The translations under genes and the position numbers were made by a program. A stretch of 43,375 bases of DNA from Acidimicrobiales bacterium (GTDB lineage: Bacteria > Actinomycetota > Acidimicrobiia > Acidimicrobiales > RAAP-2). The stretch's first letter is position 1. Each line of letters starts with the position of its first letter. Below are positions 33,347 to 41,804 of the stretch, piece after piece. The stretch covers positions 1 through 43,375 of the forward strand of contig DASZGT010000107.1 in NCBI GenBank assembly GCA_035938575.1, written 5' to 3'. The notes under the pieces are model-generated. The model made no database searches, had not been told where the DNA came from, and worked only from the letters and a program-made list of their open reading frames with translations.

Positions 33347-33976
33347 TCAGGGGAGGGATCGGCTGGCCTCGAGGGTATCGAGCCATTGCTGGATCCAGGC
33401 CAGGAGTTCCTCGTGTCCATAGTGAACACCGGATAGACCCTCGACAATCAGTCCAAGTTGGAAGCTGGTCACCGCGGCGACGATTACCTTGAGCGGAAAT
33501 TGCTCTTGGTCGAGTCCGTAGTCGAGCAGGGCCTGACCGAAGTAGTTCTCGAAGATGCCGCGGAATCGTGCGTGTACCTCGTCGACGAGCCGCGGTTGCA
33601 GCGAGGGCATGTTCCAGCCCATGGCCAAGAGTTCAAGGAGGATCTTGGGGAACCGTGAGGTGGGCTCGTTGACCCAGAACTGCGCCCCGATCCGCCACTT
33701 CTCAGAAAAGGTCAGATCCGGGTCGGCATAGAGCGCCTCCAGCAGCTCAGCGAGTTGGTCGACAAAGCGCTCCAGGGTCTGGGTCAGTAGCTCCTCCATC
33801 GACCCGAAGTAGTAGTGCACCAGCCCGTGTTTGACTCCGGCTGCCTCCGCCACCCGGCGCGTCGTCACTCCGGCATACCCGAGCTCGTAGAGGAGCTGCT
33901 CGGCCGCGTCCATCAGCGCAACCCTCGCCTGTTGGCGCGCCTCAGAGACCTCACTCTGCTCCCAAGCCCGGGCCAT
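33347..33976 (-). CDS. TetR/AcrR-family transcriptional regulator
   Basis: Track ORF 33347..34306 trimmed to ATG 33976. N-terminal HTH ARVALMDAAEQLLYELGYAGVTTRRVAEAAGVKHGLVHYYFGSMEELL. Confidence 0.88.
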   Translation of the reverse strand: MARAWEQSEVSEARQQARVALMDAAEQLLYELGYAGVTTRRVAEAAGVKHGLVHYYFGSMEELLTQTLERFVDQLAELLEALYADPDLTFSEKWRIGAQFWVNEPTSRFPKILLELLAMGWNMPSLQPRLVDEVHARFRGIFENYFGQALLDYGLDQEQFPLKVIVAAVTSFQLGLIVEGLSGVHYGHEELLAWIQQWLDTLEASRSLP

Positions 33977-34032
33977 CAACGCACTCCATGTAGGGCAGAA
34001 AACGTCTGGACGGGCGACACGGGTGTCCTCTC

Positions 34033-34061
34033 TTGACTCTTGGTCATCTGTATTGGATACT
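34033..34061 (+). promoter_or_regulatory. candidate sigma-A-type promoter for the methyltransferase gene
   Basis: TTGACT (34033-34038), a 17-nt spacer, then GATACT (34056-34061), located in the A/T-richest part of the TetR/methyltransferase divergent region. Confidence 0.35.
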
Positions 34062-34065
34062 AGCA

Positions 34066-34081
34066 TTGGTCGACCGACCAA
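34066..34081. promoter_or_regulatory. candidate TetR operator (16-bp near-perfect palindrome)
   Basis: TTGGTCGACCGACCAA: 7-bp arms TTGGTCG / CGACCAA are perfectly complementary around a 2-bp centre. Lies immediately downstream of the putative -10 element and between the divergent TetR and methyltransferase genes. Confidence 0.45.
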
Positions 34082-34199
34082 ACCGGCCGGCCAACGAAGC
34101 GGATCGGCCCGATCGAAACGTTGAGCAGAAGCCTTGGCGGCGCGGCCAACTGGTGTGGCCACAGAGATTCGCAGCCATCCGGAAAGTGAGGAGTGCGTG

Positions 34200-35264
34200 A
34201 TGGACGAGACGACGTTGGACGAGACCAAGTTGATGGATTTCGTCGGCCAAGCGGTTGGCGATGTCGGGGCCATGTTGGGCGGCGCCATGGTGGTGATTGG
34301 CGACAAGCTCGGTCTCTACCGGGCCATGAGTGGCGCCGGCCCCCTCACCCCGGGCGAGTTGGCCACGCGTACGGGCACCGCGGAGCGATATGTCCGCGAG
34401 TGGCTGAGTGCGCAGGCCGCGCGCGGCTATGTGTCGTATGACGGGGCTGGCCGCTTCACACTCCCCGACGAACACGCAATTCCGCTCACCGACGAGACCA
34501 GCCCCGCCTGCGTGATCGGCGCCTTCGAGATCGCCCTCGGGTCCGTGTACGCCACCGATACCATCGCTGAGTGCTTCCGCACCGGCGAAGGGTTCGCATG
34601 GGGGGCGCAGCACCAACACGTCCTCGGCGGGTGCGAGCGATTCTTCCGGCCCGGCTACCTCAACCATCTGGCGAGCGAGTGGATCCCGGCGCTCGACGGC
34701 GTCGAGGGCAAACTCGCCAACGGCGGGCGTATTGCCGACGTTGGTTGCGGCCACGGTGCATCGACGTTGCTGCTAGCGGAGGCGTACCCAGAATCGACCA
34801 TTGTTGGATTCGACGCCCACGACGGATCGATCGACGCTGCTCGCAAGCGCGCCGCCGACTCCGGACTGGCAGATCGCGTCGAGTTCGAGGTGGCCTCAGC
34901 CTCCACGTTCACCGGCGCCTATGACCTTGTGTGCTTCTTCGACTGCTTGCACGACATGGGCGACCCGGCCGGAGCCTGTGCTCATGTGCGGGAGCATCTG
35001 GCGACGGACGGGACACTCATGCTCATCGAACCATTCGCCGGTGACGACCTCAACGACAATCTCAACCCCGTCGGCGCCGCCTACTACGCCTTCTCGACCT
35101 TGCTCTGCACGCCCTCCTCGCTCTCCCAGGAGGTCGGCGCTGCGCTTGGCGCCCAAGCGGGCGAGGCTCAACTGAGGGACGTCGTCATCGGCGCCGGTTT
35201 CAAGACCCTGCGCCGCGTGGCCGAAACGCCCTTCAACATCGTGCTCGAAGCCAAGGCCGCCTAG
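34200..35264 (+). CDS. class I SAM-dependent methyltransferase with an N-terminal winged-helix-like domain (Rv2258c-like architecture)
   Basis: Track ORF 34134..35264 trimmed to ATG 34200, preceded by GTGAGGAG. SAM motif I IADVGCGHGASTLLLAE, later DLVCFFDCLHDM. An N-terminal stretch of about 100 aa (LTPGELATRTGTAERYVREWL) looks like a wHTH. Confidence 0.88.
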   Translation: MDETTLDETKLMDFVGQAVGDVGAMLGGAMVVIGDKLGLYRAMSGAGPLTPGELATRTGTAERYVREWLSAQAARGYVSYDGAGRFTLPDEHAIPLTDETSPACVIGAFEIALGSVYATDTIAECFRTGEGFAWGAQHQHVLGGCERFFRPGYLNHLASEWIPALDGVEGKLANGGRIADVGCGHGASTLLLAEAYPESTIVGFDAHDGSIDAARKRAADSGLADRVEFEVASASTFTGAYDLVCFFDCLHDMGDPAGACAHVREHLATDGTLMLIEPFAGDDLNDNLNPVGAAYYAFSTLLCTPSSLSQEVGAALGAQAGEAQLRDVVIGAGFKTLRRVAETPFNIVLEAKAA

Positions 35265-35337
35265 CGCGGTGGGAGGCACCAGGACGGTCTAAGCGACGGT
35301 CCGCCGCATCCGTCGGGTCTCTCACTCCCGTCTGGTC

Positions 35338-37242
35338 TCACTCCGGGCCGTTCACTCGGCTCTCTGGAGGATCTCCTGCGCTGATCGGCATGGGCACGCG
35401 TGCCACGACAACGTCCAACCTGCGGCGCAACTCAGCGGCAAGCGCCAGGTCGACCTGGTTGTGCAGCAGCCTGTACCGAAGCCGTTCGGGGATCACGACC
35501 GGTATGAGTACGACGACCTGGCGATCTCGTTCCGCACGCAACTCATCGACCAAGTGCACAATGGGCTGCACGATGGACGCGTAGTCGGTGTGAAGGACCC
35601 GCAAGGCCACTCCGGGGCTCCATTCACGCCACCTGCGCTCTACCTCGAAGTCCGGCAGACCAACCTCGACCCCGTCGAACACCACTGTTACCGCCATGAC
35701 CTCGTCCCCCAGCGAGATCGCTTCAGACAGTACGTGCTGGGTCAGCCGGGAGACATTCGTCACCGGCACGACGACCACCGTGCGCTTGCGATCGAGAGGC
35801 CCGGGAACGGTCCCTATGCCCAGCTCCCGGGCAGCACGGGTGTAGTAGGCCTCCACCCGGTTGAACAACAGGATCAACAGCGGAATGGCAACCACCACGG
35901 CCCATGCCCCTTCGACGAACTTGGTGAAGAGGAAGATCACGGTGGCCACGGCAGTGACCAACGCTCCGATGCCATTGATCAAGGCCCGTCGGGACCATCC
36001 CGGTGGCCGCGTCCGGCGCCAGTGGATCACGAGACCGGATTGGGACAGGGTAAAACCGGTGAACACGCCGATGGCGAACAACGGGATCAGCGTGTTGGTG
36101 TTGCCACCCACCACCACCAACAGCAGTGCAGAGCCCGCCGAGAGGACCCAGACGCCGTTGCCGAAGACCAGCCGGCTGTCTCGTACTCCGAAGAGGTGGG
36201 GAAGGTAATTGTCTCTGGACAGCAGGCTGGTCAGCACAGGCAGGCCGCCAAACGACGTGTTGGCCGCGAGGGCCAACACCAGAGTGATGGTCAGGGAGAC
36301 GATGTAGTACGCCCAATGACGGCCCACGGCGTCGGCCATGATCTGGCTCAGCACGGTCTGATCGGACCTCGGTTGCACATGGAACTTGCTGGTGAGAACG
36401 GCCAATCCCAGCAGCATGGCCCCCAGGATGAGACCCAACAGCAGCTCCGTTCGCTTGGCCCGGGCGACCCGAGGCTCCTTGAACAGGGGCACTCCATTGG
36501 CAATGGCCTCCACGCCGGTGAGGGCGCTGCATCCCGCTGAGAATGCCTTGAGCACCAGGAGCACGGAGACCGCTTCCACGGTGTGCGTCGCCACCAGCGA
36601 CTCCCCGGTCAGCGGAGCCTGCAGGCCGAGGGGGTGGATCAATCCGACGGCGATGATGGCCAGCAGCCCGACGATGAAGACAAGGGTGGGGACGAGAAAG
36701 GCACGAGCCCCCTCCCCGAGGCCCCGAAGGTTGAGGGTGGTGATGATGAGCAGGATTCCCAGGCAGATCGGGACCGTATAGGGCGTGGCGGACGGGAATG
36801 CGGATGTCAACTGGCCCACACCGGCCGCGATGGAGACCGCCACCGTCAGCGTGTAGTCGACGATCAATGATGCGCCCGCCAGCTTGCTGGCCTGATGGCC
36901 GAAGTTGTCGCGTGTCACCGCGTAGGCGCCTCCGCCGTGGGGGTAGGCGTCAATGACCTGTCGGTACGAGATCACCAGGATGACCAAGAGCACGACAATG
37001 GCGATGGTGATGGGAACGATGAGGTGGAGCGCCGTCGCCCCCGCCGCGGCCAGCACCACCAAGATGGCCTCAGGACCGTACGCCACCGACGTCAGCGCAT
37101 CGAGAGACAGCGCCGACAGACCTTCGACCGGAGTGATCTGCTCGGAGGCTGCTTCTTTGGCCGAAAGGGCTGGGCCGATGAGTGCCTGGCGGATCCTGCG
37201 GAGTCTGCTCATAGGCCCCGGCTGCATTGGCGCTCGCCGCAT
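35338..37242 (-). CDS. APC-superfamily permease with a C-terminal cytoplasmic domain of about 165 aa
   Basis: 634-aa ORF. ALSLDALTSVAYGPEA.. and about 12 hydrophobic segments. In-frame alternative starts at 37227 and 37212. The C-terminal soluble part has strand-like runs TVVVVPV, VMAVTVVF and QVVVLIPVV. Confidence 0.88.
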   Translation of the reverse strand: MRRAPMQPGPMSRLRRIRQALIGPALSAKEAASEQITPVEGLSALSLDALTSVAYGPEAILVVLAAAGATALHLIVPITIAIVVLLVILVISYRQVIDAYPHGGGAYAVTRDNFGHQASKLAGASLIVDYTLTVAVSIAAGVGQLTSAFPSATPYTVPICLGILLIITTLNLRGLGEGARAFLVPTLVFIVGLLAIIAVGLIHPLGLQAPLTGESLVATHTVEAVSVLLVLKAFSAGCSALTGVEAIANGVPLFKEPRVARAKRTELLLGLILGAMLLGLAVLTSKFHVQPRSDQTVLSQIMADAVGRHWAYYIVSLTITLVLALAANTSFGGLPVLTSLLSRDNYLPHLFGVRDSRLVFGNGVWVLSAGSALLLVVVGGNTNTLIPLFAIGVFTGFTLSQSGLVIHWRRTRPPGWSRRALINGIGALVTAVATVIFLFTKFVEGAWAVVVAIPLLILLFNRVEAYYTRAARELGIGTVPGPLDRKRTVVVVPVTNVSRLTQHVLSEAISLGDEVMAVTVVFDGVEVGLPDFEVERRWREWSPGVALRVLHTDYASIVQPIVHLVDELRAERDRQVVVLIPVVIPERLRYRLLHNQVDLALAAELRRRLDVVVARVPMPISAGDPPESRVNGPE

Positions 37243-37343
37243 GGCATTGTGGTCAGAGTGTACGGGTTGGGAGGCTCCGAGGTGGGACCCTCGATGATGC
37301 CGCGTGGTCGAGAACGGAGTCCGTCACACGACGGGAGCCACTC

Positions 37344-38366
37344 GTGACAGACCAGACCATGACCGCGTGGGCGGTCGGTGTGCCGGGGCCGATTGATTCC
37401 TCGCCCCTGCAGCGAATCGAGCGCCCCGTCCCCGTTCCGGGACCCGGTCAGGTGCGGGTCCAGGTGCGGGTGTGCGGAGTATGCCGAACCGACCTCCACC
37501 TTGCCGAAGGGGATCTCCCCCCCAAACACCCCCAGGTCATCCCGGGTCACGAGGTGGTCGGCATTGTCGATCGTCTCGGAGGTGGCAGTAGCCGCTTCGG
37601 AATCGGATCGCGCATTGGCGTGCCCTGGCTGGCCCGCGCCTGTGGAATCTGCCGATTCTGCGTCGACGGCCGAGAGAACCTGTGCACGGCTCCGCTGTTC
37701 ACCGGCTGGGACATCGACGGGGGCTATTGCGAGTACGTGGTCGTCGACGAGAGATTCGCCTACCCAGTACCCGATGCCTTCACCGACGAGCAGGCTGCAC
37801 CCCTCCTCTGCGCCGGGATCATCGGCTACCGGGCCCTTCGACGGTCACGGCTCCCCCCCGGTGGACGACTCGGGATCTACGGATTCGGGGGATCCGCCCA
37901 CCTCACGGCCCAGATTGCCCTGGCAGAGGGGGCCCGGGTCCATGTCATGACCAGGTCGCCGGAGGCCCGCGAGCTTGCCCTCGACCTAGGTGCCACCAGT
38001 GCCGGCGGTGCCGACGACCCCCCACCCGAACCGCTGGACTCCGCCATCCTGTTCGCTCCGGTGGGCACGCTGGTGTTGCCGGCGCTGGAGGCTCTCGATC
38101 GGGGCGGAACGCTGGCCGTCGCAGGGATCTACCTGACCGACATCCCGGTCCTCACTTACGCGAAGCACCTCTTCGAGGAGCGCTCGTTGTGCAGTGTGAC
38201 TGCCAACACCCGTCACGATGGCAACGAGTTCCTCGAAGTGGCCGCTCGAGTCGGGGTACGGGCTTCGACGACGGCCTACCCGCTCGATGAGGCTGACCAG
38301 GCACTCGCCGACTTGGCCGGCGATCGCGTGAACGGGGCAGCCGTGCTGATGATCGCACCGGCCTGA
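37344..38366 (+). CDS. zinc-dependent alcohol dehydrogenase (MDR family)
   Basis: Frame of track ORF 37227..38366. GTG 37344 lies 6 nt after GGGAG, and ATG 37359 is also possible. Catalytic Zn motif CGVCRTDLH..GHEVVG, structural Zn CGICRFCVDGRENLC, and NAD motif GIYGFGGSAH. Confidence 0.9.
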   Translation: MTDQTMTAWAVGVPGPIDSSPLQRIERPVPVPGPGQVRVQVRVCGVCRTDLHLAEGDLPPKHPQVIPGHEVVGIVDRLGGGSSRFGIGSRIGVPWLARACGICRFCVDGRENLCTAPLFTGWDIDGGYCEYVVVDERFAYPVPDAFTDEQAAPLLCAGIIGYRALRRSRLPPGGRLGIYGFGGSAHLTAQIALAEGARVHVMTRSPEARELALDLGATSAGGADDPPPEPLDSAILFAPVGTLVLPALEALDRGGTLAVAGIYLTDIPVLTYAKHLFEERSLCSVTANTRHDGNEFLEVAARVGVRASTTAYPLDEADQALADLAGDRVNGAAVLMIAPA

Positions 38367-38603
38367 TCCAAAGGCCCCGCTGCGCACATCGAGCCGGCTG
38401 GAAGTTGAACAGTTCCACGCACCCACTCGTAGTACTGGGTCACTGTTCACAATTTCGGTCAACCCGTGGGAGGAGCCGCCATGGAGACCAATGAGGCGCG
38501 TTCGCGTCCTCGGACCAAACGCATGGGGAACGGAGTGATCGCCGAATGGTCGGCAGAACGGTCTGCCCAAACCACCAGCCGTTTCCAAACAGGCGAACGC
38601 AGA

Positions 38604-39110
38604 ATGTCTGTTCGTCCGTCTCGCGTGCTCTTCCCTGCCATCGCGATCGTTTCACTCGCCCTGGTTGCCGCAGCCTGTGGGAGCGCGAACACGGCTGCGT
38701 CTCCGACGTCGACGCCCACCACGTCAGCCACTGCCTCGGGGGCGACGGTGGGAACAGCCAAGGACCCACAGCTCGGCACGATCCTCGTGGACGCCAAGGG
38801 TCGAACGCTGTACCTGTTCGAGAAGGATCAAGGCGTCAAGTCTTCCTGTTACGGCGGTTGCGCTTCGGTGTGGCCACCGCTCACCACCAGCGGCACACCT
38901 CAGGCGGGCCCAGGGGCGGCTGCCGCGTTGCTCGGCACCACAAGCCGAACAGACGGGACGACGCAACTTACCTACAACGGCCACCCGCTCTACTACTACA
39001 TCAGCGATACTCAGCCGGGTCAGACAAGCGGCGAAGGTCTGAACCAGTTCGGCGCCGGGTGGGACGTTCTGTCTGCCGCCGGCAACAAGATCGAGAAGTC
39101 CGGTAACTGA
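38604..39110 (+). CDS. secreted lipoprotein with two Y-x-[FY]-x-x-D repeats (COG4315-like 'secreted repeat' family)
   Basis: Track ORF 38466..39110 trimmed to ATG 38604. Signal peptide plus lipobox LVAAAC|G. Repeated motifs TLYLFEKD and PLYYYISD. Confidence 0.8.
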   Translation: MSVRPSRVLFPAIAIVSLALVAAACGSANTAASPTSTPTTSATASGATVGTAKDPQLGTILVDAKGRTLYLFEKDQGVKSSCYGGCASVWPPLTTSGTPQAGPGAAAALLGTTSRTDGTTQLTYNGHPLYYYISDTQPGQTSGEGLNQFGAGWDVLSAAGNKIEKSGN

Positions 39111-39111
39111 C

Positions 39112-39642
39112 ATGCAGGCCACTGAACCGATGAGGGAACCCTTCATACGCCACACCACGAACGCAGCCCCAAACACCCGGCTCGAGTTGGGTCGTAGGGT
39201 GCTGGCTTACGCAGCCGCCCGACCGACGGGCTCGGCAACTGGACGGGCAATGATCACCCTTCCGATGCTCATCGGGGCTGCGTTGGTTGCCGCTGCCAGT
39301 GCCATCCACCTCCACTTGTGGGCGACCGGTTACCGCGCCATCCCGACCATCGGCCCGCTGTTCCTGGTTCAGGGGATCGTCGGCTCCACCCTCGCGGTGG
39401 TGTTGGCCGCATCACGACGACTGTTCGCCGTTATCGCAGCGGCAGGGTTCATGGTCGCCACCATCGGGGGGTTTTTGCTGAGCGTCTATGTCGGCCTGTT
39501 CGGGTTCATGGACTCTCTCGCCGCTCCGTTCGCAGGCCTGTCCTTGGCGGTCGAGGGCGTTGGGGCCCTCATGCTGGCCACGGTGGGCGTAGTGCTTCTC
39601 GTCGGCCACAGGCCACTCGATTCTGTCGAGGACCGGGCATGA
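39112..39642 (+). CDS. small integral membrane protein (about 4 TM), hypothetical
   Basis: ATG lies 1 nt after the lipoprotein stop, suggesting possible translational coupling. The hydrophobic core begins at the internal ATG 39250 (MITLPMLIGAALVAAASAIHLHLW..), which is an equally plausible start. Confidence 0.6.
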   Translation: MQATEPMREPFIRHTTNAAPNTRLELGRRVLAYAAARPTGSATGRAMITLPMLIGAALVAAASAIHLHLWATGYRAIPTIGPLFLVQGIVGSTLAVVLAASRRLFAVIAAAGFMVATIGGFLLSVYVGLFGFMDSLAAPFAGLSLAVEGVGALMLATVGVVLLVGHRPLDSVEDRA

Positions 39643-39802
39643 GCCCTGTGAGTAAACCGAGCACTGGCGAGCGGCGCCGGAGAGCCTCTGCTGCTACACA
39701 CCTGCGTGCGATGAGGCAGTCGTACCTGTTCTGAGATGTGCCAGCAGGCCTGGGAGTATTTCCCGGCACCGTGTCTGAGGCTCCGGCGCGAGAATCGACC
39801 GT

Positions 39803-40582
39803 ATGGCGCCCTGGGACGGCATCGAGTACCGACGGGTGAACAGCCTGCAACAGTGGCTAGCGGATCGCGCCCTGTCCGACCTCGACCTCGACGGAGTCCA
39901 TAGCCTGCTCGATGTCGGCTGTGGGGATGGGCGTATCACGGCCACGATCGCTGATCGACTCCCTGGCGCCACGGTGGTAGGTATCGACCCCTCGCCGAGC
40001 ATGATCTCGGTGGCGCCCTCGTCCCACGCGGTCAGCTTTCAGGTCGGCGACGTCTGCAGCATGACCTACGAAGGGGCATTCGATGTCGTCGTCTCCTTCA
40101 ATGCGCTCCACTGGGTGCTCGACCAGCACAGGGCCCTGTCGCGAATCGCTGGGGCGCTACGCCGTCCAGGTCGCGCGCTCCTGGTGTTCGTGTGCGCCGG
40201 CGAGCGACCCAGCCTTGAACACACCGCGATGCGGGTCGCGGGCCACGAGTCGTGGCGGCGCTACTTCACCGAATTCGCGGCTCCGTTCGCACACCCGACC
40301 CCGTCGACGTGGGCTGAGATGGCGAGCGAGTGCGGCCTCACGGTATCTGCCAGCGTCGTCGACGACCTGAGCTGGGACTTCGGGTCGACAGACGCCTTCG
40401 CAAGATGGTGCACGGTCGGTTTCGGCGCTTGGACGGAGAGGCTGCCTAGCGATTCCATTGTCCCGTTCGTGGCCGATGTGATCCACGCCTACGAGGCAAC
40501 CACAGGGTCGTCGCAGATCCTTCGCTTCTTACAGCTGAGGGCCAGGCTCGACAAGGCGAGCACGGTACAGCGATCACACTAG
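39803..40582 (+). CDS. class I SAM-dependent methyltransferase (Tam/trans-aconitate-methyltransferase-like)
   Basis: 259 aa. SAM motif I LLDVGCGDGRITA, then VVGIDPSPSMI and FDVVVSFNALHWV. Confidence 0.85.
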   Translation: MAPWDGIEYRRVNSLQQWLADRALSDLDLDGVHSLLDVGCGDGRITATIADRLPGATVVGIDPSPSMISVAPSSHAVSFQVGDVCSMTYEGAFDVVVSFNALHWVLDQHRALSRIAGALRRPGRALLVFVCAGERPSLEHTAMRVAGHESWRRYFTEFAAPFAHPTPSTWAEMASECGLTVSASVVDDLSWDFGSTDAFARWCTVGFGAWTERLPSDSIVPFVADVIHAYEATTGSSQILRFLQLRARLDKASTVQRSH

Positions 40583-40634
40583 GTGGGACTCATTTGAATT
40601 GTTGGGCAAGTCCGAGGCCGATGGATGAGAAGCT

Positions 40635-41651
40635 TCAGGTGCCGTCGTCATGACGGATGTCACGGGTGCTCGCAGGCCGAAGCAGAGGGCGCGGACGAGT
40701 CAGGATGATCTGGACTGATGACACCACAAGCACCGCCAAAGTTACTATCCGCTCGCTCCTTCCGACCGGCCGAAATATCGCGTAGATCTGAATACCCGCT
40801 GCCAAGGCGTTCGCGGCCAACGGCAATGCGATTGCCCGCATCCCTGTGACATGGTGATCCTCCTTGCTCGCTACCGGAACTCGAGTCCAGGCCGCATAGG
40901 CGAGCAATAGCGCCCCCAGCGTCCAAACGAACGCGTAGGTCTCGTCAGTGCCAACACCTCGGGCTTCCTGCACCGCAAATGCGGCATCTGCTCCTGCGGT
41001 GGCCAGCAAACCCAGGCCGATGAAGATCCACATACGATCTGGATGCCAGGCCAGCAATCCATACACCCCGAGAATCGCTCCAATGAGCAAGACATCGAGT
41101 ATGGGATAGCTGAAATCAACGACGGTTGCCAAGGGCCCCTGCGTCGCCACATCGACGGTCGGTTGGATGACGACTGCGAATCCGGCGACGATAACGAGGA
41201 GGGTCACGGCTAATCCGTCCATCCACCGATGAAGTTCGAAATGGGGAAATCGAACCCGGATCAGCTGGATGATGCCCAACGCAATCATCGGATACCACAG
41301 GAGCCACAAGATATCCGCGAAGGTGGGATAGGGCGCAGTAGCACGGCCCCCATAGACGACGCTCCAGGCAATACTGCCAGCGCTCCACGACACCATCGCC
41401 AAGCCGAAAGCCAGCCAGGCTGGTCGAGTCGTGCCCTCATAGACGGCGCGGAACAGTACGAGGACCGCGGCCGAGGCGATCAACAGATCGTGAGTCCACA
41501 CCTGGTAGATCGCGGACGGACCGCCGAACCCAAACAGCTCATTTGCCGCTTCGAGCACAACGGCAACCGCGAGGAGTGGCCACACGTAGCGCAGGGCAGG
41601 GGGTCTCTTATAGAGCTCGCCCTCCGCGTCGACCAGGAGCGCCGTCCTCAC
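40635..41651 (-). CDS. polytopic integral membrane protein (338 aa), hypothetical
   Basis: About 9-10 hydrophobic helices (LLAVAVVLEAA.., WLAFGLAMVSWSAGSIAW.., ILWLLWYPMIALGII.., and others) and no soluble domain. Noticeably lower G+C than the surroundings. Confidence 0.7.
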   Translation of the reverse strand: MRTALLVDAEGELYKRPPALRYVWPLLAVAVVLEAANELFGFGGPSAIYQVWTHDLLIASAAVLVLFRAVYEGTTRPAWLAFGLAMVSWSAGSIAWSVVYGGRATAPYPTFADILWLLWYPMIALGIIQLIRVRFPHFELHRWMDGLAVTLLVIVAGFAVVIQPTVDVATQGPLATVVDFSYPILDVLLIGAILGVYGLLAWHPDRMWIFIGLGLLATAGADAAFAVQEARGVGTDETYAFVWTLGALLLAYAAWTRVPVASKEDHHVTGMRAIALPLAANALAAGIQIYAIFRPVGRSERIVTLAVLVVSSVQIILTRPRPLLRPASTRDIRHDDGT

Positions 41652-41804
41652 CTCGGAGCCTTCACCAGGGATCTGACCATCGTGGCGCTTGCACTCGGCT
41701 CAGCTGGCCGAGCAGCGGGTCCGGGTTGCGGACAACACGTGCGTCCCCCTCCCGCATCACCGACTACGACCGACTCAGAGTGGTGCGACCACCTTGGTTG
41801 GCGG

